Shown here one piece after another: positions 36,318 to 45,226 of a DNA stretch of 64,000 nucleotides; the first letter of the stretch is position 1, and the number at the start of each line of letters is the position of its first letter. The DNA lies in NCBI GenBank assembly GCA_017939755.1, contig JAGBAJ010000016.1:16302-80301 (forward strand), written 5' to 3'. The position numbers and the translations under genes are program-made. Source of the stretch: Clostridia bacterium (GTDB lineage Bacteria; Bacillota; Clostridia; TANB77; CAG-508). Below the pieces are notes generated by a model, which ran no database searches, was not told the DNA's origin, and saw only the letters and a program-made list of their open reading frames with translations.

Positions 36318-37907
36318 CTATCGTTCCTCTAAAGAAACTGGTCCGCAAGTAAAATCCCTGTAGATGTTTGATTTTACAAAAGGAACATCTCGTAACTGCG
36401 GTAAAATTAAAAATCCAACTGGAATTGGCTGAGAATATGTATCCCAGTTGCATGAGCGATTAGGGTGTTTTTCAAGGGGATAAATATTACCGTTTTTGTC
36501 TCGTATATATAACGATTCTGAAGCTTTATATGGTTTTATTGTTGAGCATGAGAAGTGAACATTTTTATCACCCCATTTTTGTTGTAATTGTTCAATTTTA
36601 TTTTTATCAGTGATTGCTCTACAATTATTGGCAAAAAAATAGGGTTTTTTAATGTTTTTACTTAATTCATCATTGCCACTAATAAGCGACTGAATCATAT
36701 TTAAAATTTCCTCTTCTTCCTGAGAGTATGTATTGCTTTGGCGATGCTTTAAATCAAAACTTGAGTAGGTAAAATCCATTAGTGCATCAATTGGTGGTAT
36801 TACCATAGTTGCAAAGTCTCTGAAGTTTTTGTTTTCATTATTTCTAGCAACATCAATGCAATTTTTATAAAATTTAAAATCTGTCCAACTTAAATAGTCG
36901 TCCAAATCAATTTGATCTGGGGGAACATTTGCTAATTGGTTAATGAATTTTTGTAGCTCTGCAGCCTGGTTTGGATGTCTTTGTAATAGCTCTGTCAAAA
37001 ATATGCCTACAGCAGAATCTGCTAATTGAGTATTTTTAGAGTAGTATATGTGCTTATATGCTTCAAATCTAGTTGCTAAAAAATTTTCTATATTAAATAA
37101 AGAGCTATAATCGTACACATCTATATTTGTTCCATTGGGGTTAGCAGAATCCACAACTATTACGCTACCATCTGGGTTATTTTTTATAGTGCCATCAGAA
37201 TTTGTGGCAACTCGAATTGTAGTATATTCTTCATGTGGTAGGTGAATTTGAACATTATCATAATGTAAAGAGTCTCTATTTAAATAATCTAGTCTATCCA
37301 CATCATAGTTACTTTCATCGTGTGCTTTAAAATTAAGAACATCATGTTCCAAAGAATATTTTAAAACTTCGGGTAATCTAGAATCGATTTTTGAAAGTGC
37401 CCTTTGAATTTCTGGATCTTCTGTTAGTATTCTTTTTCCAATTATTTCATGATACCCCTTGTGATGAATTATTCTGTATTCAATAATATGAGATAGTGGA
37501 AGATGTCCAATATCATGTCCAGCTTCTTTTATTAGCTCTGCAATTAAGTATATTTTCATGTTATTATCTTCAATATATTTTCGATATTCAGGGTTACTGC
37601 ATAAAAAAATTAGCTCTTCAACTTTTTTGTTATATGTTCCCTTTGAATGTTCAAGTCTATTGTGATAACAATATTTATTTTCTATAAGAACAAGACCAAG
37701 CTGGGATATTTTTCCAAGCCTGCGCATAGCCTTAGTATTAAAAAATGCACACAATTCTTTTGGATAATAAATATTGGGGTCGTAGTAACTTGATGCTAAG
37801 CTTAAGTCGAGTTCAGATTGAAGCTCTACATTATCTTTATCAAGTAACCATTTAAAAAATTCATTTATTTTTTCTTTTTTTGTTTTACATTCGCATAAAT
37901 CTATCAT
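36318..37907 (-). CDS. HD-domain phosphohydrolase (SAMHD1/dNTP triphosphohydrolase-like)
   Basis: NRLEHSKGTY, AGHDIGHLPLSH and DVDRLDYLNRDSLH form the HD-domain metal-binding set typical of dNTPase-like HD proteins. 529 aa, with host-like A+T composition. Confidence 0.8.
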   Translation of the reverse strand: MIDLCECKTKKEKINEFFKWLLDKDNVELQSELDLSLASSYYDPNIYYPKELCAFFNTKAMRRLGKISQLGLVLIENKYCYHNRLEHSKGTYNKKVEELIFLCSNPEYRKYIEDNNMKIYLIAELIKEAGHDIGHLPLSHIIEYRIIHHKGYHEIIGKRILTEDPEIQRALSKIDSRLPEVLKYSLEHDVLNFKAHDESNYDVDRLDYLNRDSLHYDNVQIHLPHEEYTTIRVATNSDGTIKNNPDGSVIVVDSANPNGTNIDVYDYSSLFNIENFLATRFEAYKHIYYSKNTQLADSAVGIFLTELLQRHPNQAAELQKFINQLANVPPDQIDLDDYLSWTDFKFYKNCIDVARNNENKNFRDFATMVIPPIDALMDFTYSSFDLKHRQSNTYSQEEEEILNMIQSLISGNDELSKNIKKPYFFANNCRAITDKNKIEQLQQKWGDKNVHFSCSTIKPYKASESLYIRDKNGNIYPLEKHPNRSCNWDTYSQPIPVGFLILPQLRDVPFVKSNIYRDFTCGPVSLEER

Positions 37908-38163
37908 AGTACAAGTTTCCTATCTTAAGAATTTTTCTCATTTTATGCAATTTTTGCCTTTTTTCATTTGTATTGTTACATTATATAAAACCATAAAAAT
38001 ATAAAAAGAGCAATATAAAAATAAATATTTTAGAGAAATAGTCTTAAAGATATTTTCGGAAGGGGCGCTCAAAACTATTCACAAAATTACTGCCTATTTT
38101 GGAAATATAGCTTGAAATAAGCTATTAAATATAGTATTATCAGAAAAAAATTAGGAGGTAATA

Positions 38164-38817
38164 ATGGATACAACTATATATTTAATTAGACATTCTGTTA
38201 GATACGATGTAAAAAACATTATAGATGAGTACAATACAACTGAGGATAAGCATTTAAAAAATCAAAAATTAGTATTAACACCATTAGGAGAAAAAAGAGC
38301 AGAAATTTTAAGTAATGAAGAGGAACTTCAAAATATTGATGTTGCATATGCAAGTCACTATGTACGAACATTGCAAACTGCAAAGTATTTATTAGAAAAG
38401 CAAAATTTAAAAATCAACATAGATGAAAGATTTGGTGAAAGAGAATCAGGTAAACCAAACGATGACGTATATCCAAATTGGTATGAGCTTCAGTATAAAG
38501 ATGAAAATTTCAAAACTGAAGGAGGAGAAAGCCAGCTTGATGTAAGAAACAGAGTATCACAAGCTTTTTTTGAAGCAGTAGAAAAGAATAGAGGAAAGAG
38601 AATTGCAATATTTGCACATGATTATGCTATATCATTTTTCTTACTTAAATGGTGCAAAGTAGTGGAGGTTAATGCAAATCGAAAGTTAACTCTTTCTTTT
38701 AATGATAAAATAATTTTTGATAAAGTAATGCAAATGCCAGAGGTATTTAAATTAATTATTGATGGCAATAATAATCCAAAAAGCATTGAGTTGATTGAGT
38801 TTGATGACTTAAAATAA
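38164..38817 (+). CDS. histidine phosphatase family protein (phosphoglycerate-mutase-like)
   Basis: IYLIRHSV carries the RH catalytic motif. ERESG and a late FAHDYAI His are present. Confidence 0.75.
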   Translation: MDTTIYLIRHSVRYDVKNIIDEYNTTEDKHLKNQKLVLTPLGEKRAEILSNEEELQNIDVAYASHYVRTLQTAKYLLEKQNLKINIDERFGERESGKPNDDVYPNWYELQYKDENFKTEGGESQLDVRNRVSQAFFEAVEKNRGKRIAIFAHDYAISFFLLKWCKVVEVNANRKLTLSFNDKIIFDKVMQMPEVFKLIIDGNNNPKSIELIEFDDLK

Positions 38818-38830
38818 GAGGGAGAGTTTT

Positions 38831-39114
38831 ATGAACGACAATAATTTTGCAGGTAATTCTAGAACTGCAGTAGATTTTTTAGGCAAAGAGTGGAAGTATG
38901 ATTGTATGGGATGTGCAATTTCAACTGGAAAATAGAAATTTGGATTTTCCCGACGCATGATTGGATGATTGAAAAATTTGGAAAAGGTATAAAATACTTT
39001 AGAGATATTTCTGAATATGCACAAAGGAATGCAACTGAAAATGATGTGAAAGAAATTTTAGATATAATAGATAGAGTAAAAAGCTATATAAGTGAACATT
39101 CCATTGATGAATAA
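38831..39114 (+). pseudogene. HIT-family-like gene remnant (1-nt deletion plus apparent internal deletion)
   Basis: MNDNNFAGNSRTAVDFLGKEWKYDCMGCAISTGK* continues in the adjacent frame as IEIWIFPTHDWMIEKFGKG.... The break lies in the A4 run at 38929-38932. The segment that should hold the His-x-His-x-His motif is missing. Confidence 0.5.
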
Positions 39115-39264
39115 GTGTAGGAGGAAATACATGGCTTTTAGAAAACCTTAAGCTTAATTGTTTAAAATATAGCTAGATGAATGAAGATGATGCAAAAGTG
39201 AGACAAGAGAGAATGGACTATCAACCAACTGGTGAAATTTAGTAAAATTATAGTATTAGCAGTA

Positions 39265-39293
39265 TTGTGATTTGGAAATTCGTGTAGTATAAT
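39265..39293 (+). promoter_or_regulatory. candidate promoter of cassette c (TTGTGA-17-TATAAT)
   Basis: Read directly. It would give a leader of about 125 nt. Confidence 0.45.
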
Positions 39294-39420
39294 AGCGTTA
39301 TTAATTTATCGAGATAATATACTCGGTAGTTAATTTCATCTGGTTTGATATTCAATTTTGGTCAGTGATTGAAGTCAATGAAGTTGATATGTAATCTAAA
39401 TAAAATTGGAGGTGTTCTTC

Positions 39421-39813
39421 ATGTCCGATGACAAAAGAGCTGAGGCAAATACCAAGAGCAAAATCAATTCTACTTCCGTATATTTGAATCCAATTAGGAC
39501 GTATCGGTATGTAGTTCCCAAAGAGGTGTGTCCTTTGGACGTAATGGCAACAATGGGGGATAAGCTTGAAGAGGCTTGGGTGTATCTGAGCACAGAAGCA
39601 CTCAACAAGCTTCAGGAAACTGGAGAATGTTCTTTCGTGGACGGCGGGTTTTCTATGGAGTGGCCTGCAACGCCCGAATATCCTAGAACACAGTTGGTGG
39701 TAAAAAACGATTCTCCTTGTTGGTGGTCGGTTGTAAGCATAAGGGCATCAGATATTCCGTATGCGGATTGGGTAACAAATCCAAAGACAATTATCTTTAT
39801 CACTGTGGAATAG
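39421..39813 (+). CDS. hypothetical protein (G+C-rich cassette c)
   Basis: ORF 39406-39813 with the start moved to ATG 39421 (GGAGG RBS). MSDDKRAEANTK...PCWWSVVSIRASDIPYADWV. G+C is markedly higher than the flanks. I recognise no family. Confidence 0.55.
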   Translation: MSDDKRAEANTKSKINSTSVYLNPIRTYRYVVPKEVCPLDVMATMGDKLEEAWVYLSTEALNKLQETGECSFVDGGFSMEWPATPEYPRTQLVVKNDSPCWWSVVSIRASDIPYADWVTNPKTIIFITVE

Positions 39814-39836
39814 GTTCGTACAAAAAAATCTGACCT

Positions 39837-39874
39837 AAAGAGCTGTATATTGTGAAAGCAATACACAGCTCTTT
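39837..39874 (+). terminator. 16-bp hairpin after cassette c
   Basis: AAAGAGCTGTATATTG-TGAAAG-CAATACACAGCTCTTT with one mismatch. The T-tract is short. Confidence 0.45.
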
Positions 39875-40079
39875 GCTATACTTAAGTTTATAGCAAAATA
39901 TAAAAAAGGTATATGTATTTTTTGAAAAGAGTTTAAGTTGTTAGATAAAACACAGATTCTCTTATGCGGCTGGGGCGTAATATTATAATTGACAGTATAC
40001 CGTTTAATTTTTTTATATAATTTTAATGATGTGAATTGTAACACTCATAGAGAAATTTTATAAAAAAATATATTTATAA

Positions 40080-40108
40080 TTGTATAAAGTGTAGAATTAT
40101 GTTATAAT
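40080..40108 (+). promoter_or_regulatory. guaB promoter candidate (TTGTAT-17-TGtTATAAT)
   Basis: Read directly, 36 nt upstream of the start codon. Confidence 0.5.
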
Positions 40109-40143
40109 TTGCAAATCAAAGTTTAAAAGGAGGAAATATAATA

Positions 40144-41649
40144 ATGGCAAAAATACTAAATGATGTATCAAGAACATTTAACGAATTTTTATTACTACCA
40201 AATTTAACAGATGAAAGATGTATACCAAGCAATGTAACATTGAAAACACCACTTGTAAAATTTAAAAAAGGAGAAGAACCGAAATATTCTGCGAACATCC
40301 CATTTGTGTCAGCTATAATGCAAGCCGTTTCAGGAGAAAAGATGGCTATTGCTTTGGCGCGCGAAGGAGGATGTTCTTTTATTTATGGTTCGCAATCAAT
40401 AGAAGACGAAGCAGCGATGGTTAGAAGAGTAAAAAGGCACAAAGCTGGATTTATAGAGAGCGATTCAAATGTAAAAAGTGGAACACCTATTAAAGAAGTA
40501 ATTGAACTAGTAGCAAGAACAGGACATTCAACTGTAATGATAACAGAAGATGGAACAAGCAATGGTAAATTTTTGGGATTAGTAACAGATAAAGACTACA
40601 GAATTTCAAGGGTTAATGAAAATGATCCTGTTGATATGTACATGACTCCAAAAGATAAGGCTATTACAGCTAAAAAAGGAATTAGCCTAATAGAAGCAAA
40701 TGATATTATCTGGGAGCACAAAATAAGCTGTTTACCAATTTTAGATGAAAATGATAATTTAGAGCATTTAGTATTTAGAAAAGATTATGAAGAAAGAAAA
40801 AATAATCCAAATTCATTATTAGACGAAAATAAAAGATACATAGTTGGTGCAGGAATCAATACAAGAGACTACGCAGAAAGAATACCAGCATTAGTTGATG
40901 CAGGTGTAGACCTAATTTGTATGGATTCATCAGACGGATACTCTGTATGGCAAAAAAATACAATAGACTGGGTAAGAGCTCACTATGGAGATAGCGTAAA
41001 AATAGGAGCTGGAAATGTAGTTGATAAAGAAGGATTCTATTACCTAGCAGAAGCAGGAGCAGACTTCATAAAAGTAGGTGTTGGCGGAGGTTCAATTTGT
41101 ATTACTCGTGAGACAAAAGGAATTGGACGTGGACAAGCAAGCGCTCTTATGGATGTTGTAGAGGCAAGAGATGAGTATTTTGAAAGAACAGGAATTTATA
41201 TTCCAGTATGCTCTGATGGTGGAATTGTACATGATTACCACATAACACTATCACTTGCTATGGGGGCAGATTTTGTAATGATGGGAAGATATTTTGCAAG
41301 ATTTGATGAAAGCCCAACAAGAAAAGTAAAAATAAATGGAAACTTTGTAAAGGAGTATTGGGGAGAAGGTTCAAATCGTGCTCGTAACTGGGAAAGATAT
41401 CTAGAAGACCCAACAAAGAAAAAATTAGCATTTGAAGAAGGTGTAGATTCATACATTCCATATGCAGGACCATTAAAAGATAATTTAGCAACAACAATAT
41501 CAAAAATAAAATCAACAATGTGTAATTGTGGTTCAATATCTATACCAGAATTGCATGAAAAAGCAAGATTAACAATGGTTTCAAACATTAGTATCAAAGA
41601 AGGCGGAGCACATGATGTAATGTTAAAAGAGGTAACAACACAAGACTAA
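40144..41649 (+). CDS. guaB: IMP dehydrogenase
   Basis: TIM-barrel with a CBS pair insert, catalytic loop [12 protein letters not shown] and C-terminal GGAHDV. Confidence 0.93.
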   Translation: MAKILNDVSRTFNEFLLLPNLTDERCIPSNVTLKTPLVKFKKGEEPKYSANIPFVSAIMQAVSGEKMAIALAREGGCSFIYGSQSIEDEAAMVRRVKRHKAGFIESDSNVKSGTPIKEVIELVARTGHSTVMITEDGTSNGKFLGLVTDKDYRISRVNENDPVDMYMTPKDKAITAKKGISLIEANDIIWEHKISCLPILDENDNLEHLVFRKDYEERKNNPNSLLDENKRYIVGAGINTRDYAERIPALVDAGVDLICMDSSDGYSVWQKNTIDWVRAHYGDSVKIGAGNVVDKEGFYYLAEAGADFIKVGVGGGSICITRETKGIGRGQASALMDVVEARDEYFERTGIYIPVCSDGGIVHDYHITLSLAMGADFVMMGRYFARFDESPTRKVKINGNFVKEYWGEGSNRARNWERYLEDPTKKKLAFEEGVDSYIPYAGPLKDNLATTISKIKSTMCNCGSISIPELHEKARLTMVSNISIKEGGAHDVMLKEVTTQD

Positions 41650-41749
41650 TTTTAAACTAGGGACGGGGTTAAATTTAAAAAAACTTAAATTAGGGACACC
41701 CCTTGACTTGTTAAAAGTGTGAAAGAATATATTTCATAGGAGAAAAAGT

Positions 41750-42082
41750 ATGTTAATAGATAAATATAAAGGAAAAAATGTCAAAATGTTGGTTAGCTCA
41801 AATTCTGGAATTGGAATAGCAAGAGCAGGAGAATATTATGGAGAAAGTATGACTTCTTCAATTATTGTTATTATTGGAAATATAAAAGATTTTGATGATG
41901 AGTATGTAGAATTAAATAAATGCCAAATTTTGCGTACAAATGTACATGATAGAACTAACGCTAATGAATTAGGAATAAAAGACAATAATGGAGACTTGCC
42001 AAATGTAAAGCTATTAGAAAACTTTTCTACATCATTAATAAGTAAGAAAAACATAATTACGATTTCATTAGTAGAAGAATAA
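41750..42082 (+). CDS. 110-aa small protein, Sm/Hfq-like-patterned paralog family (P2)
   Basis: MLIDKYKGKNVKMLVSSNSGIGIA...GNIKDFDDEYVELNKCQIL...KKNIITISLVEE with an AGGAG RBS. Confidence 0.65.
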   Translation: MLIDKYKGKNVKMLVSSNSGIGIARAGEYYGESMTSSIIVIIGNIKDFDDEYVELNKCQILRTNVHDRTNANELGIKDNNGDLPNVKLLENFSTSLISKKNIITISLVEE

Positions 42083-42132
42083 ATGTAGTCAAAGGAAAAT
42101 TTCAATAATTAAAGACTAGAGGAGGAAAAAGT

Positions 42133-42441
42133 ATGTTATTAGATAAATATAAAGGAAAAAATGTTAAAATATTGGTAAGTTCGAATTCTGGAACAGGAAC
42201 AGGAACTGCAACTGGAGGAAATACTTTTTCTACTGTTGTTAGTTCGGTATCTTCTGTTATTGTATACGGAGGAATAATAACCGACTATGATGACAACTAC
42301 ATTGAAATAAGTAATGTTAAAATTTTAAGACCAAATACATGGTATTATAGCGGAAATGGTGAACCGACTAGAGTCGAAGAATACAATCAGACAATAATAT
42401 CACAAAAAAGTATAATTTCGATTTCTGTTATTGAAGAATAA
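42133..42441 (+). CDS. 102-aa small protein, Sm/Hfq-like-patterned paralog family (P3)
   Basis: MLLDKYKGKNVKILVSSNSGTGTGTATGG...GGIITDYDDNYIEISNVKIL...QKSIISISVIEE with a GGAGG RBS. Confidence 0.65.
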   Translation: MLLDKYKGKNVKILVSSNSGTGTGTATGGNTFSTVVSSVSSVIVYGGIITDYDDNYIEISNVKILRPNTWYYSGNGEPTRVEEYNQTIISQKSIISISVIEE

Positions 42442-42459
42442 TTTATAGGAGGAAAACAA

Positions 42460-42742
42460 ATGTTAGAAGAATTTAGGAATAAGAAAGTAAAAATATTAGT
42501 TGGGTCAAATTCTGGTGTAGCAATTGGTGCTGGGCGGAGCGATAGATACAGCGATAATTAGAATGCTTGGAATTATTACAGATTATGATAATGAATTAAT
42601 AAAATTAAGTAATGTGGAAATGATAAGTGCAAATATGGCAGAAATTGGATTTGCTGGAGGGTTAAATCATAGAGTAGAAAAAGCTAGCGTGTCATTAGTA
42701 AATAGAAAAAATATTTTAACTATTTCTTTAGTGGAAGAGTAG
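42460..42742 (+). pseudogene. third tandem paralog (P4), split by a 1-nt frameshift
   Basis: ATG 42460 (GGAGG RBS) gives MLEEFRNKKVKILVGSNSGVAIGAG and then a stop at 42559. The adjacent frame continues GGAIDTAIIRMLGIITDYDNELIKLSNVEMI...RKNILTISLVEE. The shift maps to the GGG run at 42532-42534. Confidence 0.6.
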
Positions 42743-42839
42743 ATGTAATTAATATTTTTATTAAGGGAATAAAGATAGTGTAGTAATATTTTTATGATTA
42801 ATGAAAAATCTTCAGGGGTCATAAAGTGAAAGGAGTAAA

Positions 42840-44378
42840 ATGGAAAATAAAGAGCTAATTTTAATAATTGACTTTTATGGTCAATACAATCAATTAATAG
42901 CTAGACGTGTACGTGAATGCAATGTATATTCAGAAATAGTACCATTCAGTACACCAATAGAAAAAATAAAAGAAAAAAATCCAAAAGGAATAATATTTAC
43001 AGGAGGACCTGCAAGTGTGTATGCAGAAAATGCTCCAAAATGTACAGAAGAAATATTTAACTTAGGTATCCCTGTTTTAGGAATTTGTTATGGAATGCAA
43101 CTTATGACACATATGCTAGGAGGAAAGGTTCAAAGAGCAGATAAAAGAGAATATGGCGTTACAAGTGTAAATATAAATAATAATTCAAAATTATTTACTG
43201 GGTTTGAAAAGTCAAATGATTTCTTAATGAGCCACACAGATTTCGTTGAAGTACTTCCAGAAGGATTTGAAAATATAGGATCAACGCCACATTGTCCAAA
43301 TGCTGCAATGCAAAATACTAAAAAGAATTTCTATGGAATTCAATTCCATCCAGAAGTAAATCACTCACATAGAGGAACAGAAGTTATAAGAAACTTTGTA
43401 TACAATATATGTGGATGTACTGGAACCTGGAAAATGAGCTCATTCGCAGAAGAAACCATAAAAGCAATCAAAGAAAAGATAGGAGATAAAAAGGCACTTT
43501 GTGCATTATCAGGTGGTGTTGATTCATCAGTAGCAGCAGCCTTAATAAATAAAGCAATCGGTAAGAACTTAACATGTATTTTCGTAGATCATGGTCTTTT
43601 AAGAAAGAATGAAGCGGAAGAAGTTGAAGAAGTATTTACTAAGAATTTCGATGTTAATTTTGTAAAAGTAGATGCAAAAGATAGATTCTTAGGAAAATTA
43701 GCAGGAGTATCAGATCCAGAGCAAAAAAGAAAAATAATTGGAGAAGAGTTTATTCGTGTATTTGAAGAAGAAGCTAAAAAGATAGGAACTGTTGATTATC
43801 TAGTACAAGGTACAATCTATCCAGATGTAATAGAAAGTGGAGTGGGAGCTGGAGCTAAAATAAAAAGTCATCACAATGTAGGAGGACTACCTGACTATGT
43901 AGACTTTAAAGAAATAGTAGAGCCATTAAGAGATTTATTTAAAGACGAAGTAAGAAAAGTAGGACTAGAATTAGGTCTTCCAGAATTTTTAGTATATCGT
44001 CAACCATTCCCAGGACCAGGCTTAGCAATTCGCGTAATAGGGGATATAACAGAAGATAAGCTTACAATATTAAAAGATGCAGATTATATATTCAGAGAAG
44101 AAATAGCTAAGGCTAAATTAGACAGAAATATAAATCAATATTTTGCAGTATTAACAAACATAAAAAGTGTTGGAGTTATGGGAGATGAAAGAACTTATGA
44201 CTATACAATAGCTTTAAGAGCTGTAACAACATCAGATTTCATGACAGCTGAGTGGACAAAAATACCATATGAAGTATTAGAAGTAGTATCAGCTAGAATT
44301 GTTAATGAAGTTAAACATGTAAATAGAGTAGTTTATGATATAACAGGAAAACCACCTGCAACAATTGAGTGGGAATAA
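42840..44378 (+). CDS. guaA: GMP synthase (glutamine-hydrolyzing)
   Basis: GATase-1 ([11 protein letters not shown]), ATP-PPase SGGVDSS and the C-terminal dimerisation domain ...PPATIEWE. Confidence 0.95.
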   Translation: MENKELILIIDFYGQYNQLIARRVRECNVYSEIVPFSTPIEKIKEKNPKGIIFTGGPASVYAENAPKCTEEIFNLGIPVLGICYGMQLMTHMLGGKVQRADKREYGVTSVNINNNSKLFTGFEKSNDFLMSHTDFVEVLPEGFENIGSTPHCPNAAMQNTKKNFYGIQFHPEVNHSHRGTEVIRNFVYNICGCTGTWKMSSFAEETIKAIKEKIGDKKALCALSGGVDSSVAAALINKAIGKNLTCIFVDHGLLRKNEAEEVEEVFTKNFDVNFVKVDAKDRFLGKLAGVSDPEQKRKIIGEEFIRVFEEEAKKIGTVDYLVQGTIYPDVIESGVGAGAKIKSHHNVGGLPDYVDFKEIVEPLRDLFKDEVRKVGLELGLPEFLVYRQPFPGPGLAIRVIGDITEDKLTILKDADYIFREEIAKAKLDRNINQYFAVLTNIKSVGVMGDERTYDYTIALRAVTTSDFMTAEWTKIPYEVLEVVSARIVNEVKHVNRVVYDITGKPPATIEWE

Positions 44379-44407
44379 AAAAGCCGATTCTTATGATGAA
44401 GCAATAG

Positions 44408-44446
44408 AATGGAAGTGGACAAGAAAAGTCTGTTTCCATTTTTTTG
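44408..44446 (+). terminator. rho-independent terminator after guaA
   Basis: AATGGAAGTGGAC...GTCTGTTTCCATT followed by T6. Confidence 0.6.
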
Positions 44447-44448
44447 TA

Positions 44449-44481
44449 CAAAAGATTATCCCCTACTATAAGCAGTAGGGG
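44449..44481 (-). terminator. GC-rich terminator after cassette d (minus strand)
   Basis: CCCCTACT-N6-AGTAGGGG (44460-44481), followed on the minus strand by ATAATCTTTT. A second hairpin CCGCT...AGCGG lies next to it. Confidence 0.55.
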
Positions 44482-44514
44482 AACCGCTAGCAGTGTGCAG
44501 CGGGGTTCAGGAGA

Positions 44515-44958
44515 TTACTTCACGATAATTCTGCCCTTCTGGACAATAGTAAGTGAAGTTGAATTCATAACCGCAATCGCAGGCTCAACAGAGACTACGT
44601 CTTCCAAGAGCTCCTTATCCTCATCAGGATTGTAGCATCTGGTGTGGAAGCTAAATGCGGAATTAAAATCCACCACTTCTACATCGAATGCCCACATGAG
44701 AGCCTTAAGGCTATGTGTTGAGTACGGGTTAGGGAGTACGGGAAGCTCAGAATCACCAGGGAAAATTGCCTTAACGACAATTACGCTTGCCTGGCGATAG
44801 GGTGCCTTTACGATAGTTTCAGCACAACCACGACGATAATGACTTCCAAATTCGGCAACGTTGTCGTTCTGCTCAAAAATGTTGTCCAAAGCAGAAAGGT
44901 TACCGTTTGCACCCTGGATGATTGCTTCTGTGAGTGCGTGTGATACATTCTTAGCCAT
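44515..44958 (-). CDS. hypothetical protein (G+C-rich cassette d)
   Basis: ORF 44515-45033 with the start moved to ATG 44958 (AAAGGAGG RBS 8 nt upstream). MAKNVSHALTEAIIQGANGNLSALDNIFEQ...147 aa. G+C is markedly higher than the flanks. I recognise no family. Confidence 0.6.
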   Translation of the reverse strand: MAKNVSHALTEAIIQGANGNLSALDNIFEQNDNVAEFGSHYRRGCAETIVKAPYRQASVIVVKAIFPGDSELPVLPNPYSTHSLKALMWAFDVEVVDFNSAFSFHTRCYNPDEDKELLEDVVSVEPAIAVMNSTSLTIVQKGRIIVK

Positions 44959-45098
44959 AATAATGGCCTCCTTTAAGATAGAATTGGTTAACTCCAGCTC
45001 AGGTACATCCTGATTTACCGGATTCTTGACCATTTTCTCAAGACTAGTAACCGAAAAAACGGCTTGCCAGTGGAGAATTAATTCAAAAAAGTTAACCT
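44959..45098 (-). promoter_or_regulatory. structured ~140-nt 5' leader of cassette d (possible riboswitch-like element, class unknown)
   Basis: On the minus strand, GGTTAAC at the predicted 5' end (45097-45091) pairs with GTTAACC (44992-44986). This encloses about 98 nt holding at least three hairpins (AGCCG-U6-CGGUU, UCUUGA-N8-UCAAGA, AUCC-N9-GGAU). The RBS follows directly. Confidence 0.3.
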
Positions 45099-45104
45099 AC
45101 GTAT

Positions 45105-45133
45105 ATTATAGCAAATTTCTACCAAATAATCAA
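45105..45133 (-). promoter_or_regulatory. promoter of cassette d (TTGATT-17-TGcTATAAT, minus strand)
   Basis: Read directly. It has the same hexamers, spacing and TGC extension as the cassette e promoter. Confidence 0.55.
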
Positions 45134-45189
45134 ATTATGTAGCTAACTTATGTAAATGAAATCGTTTGAAAAGCAACAAAGAAAAAAGT

Positions 45190-45224
45190 AAAACCGCAAA
45201 CCTGATAAATTGGTCTGCGGTTTT
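45190..45224. terminator. bidirectional rho-independent terminator
   Basis: AAAACCGCAAACC-N8-GGTCTGCGGTTTT with U-tracts available on both strands. Confidence 0.65.
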
Positions 45225-45226
45225 CG

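Noticed and set aside
39881-40143. Purine/guanine riboswitch upstream of guaB
   Set aside because: No match to the conserved purine aptamer core (UAUAAUCGCG...CCGUAAAUGUCCGACUA-like) on either strand. The promoter sits only about 36 nt before the start codon.
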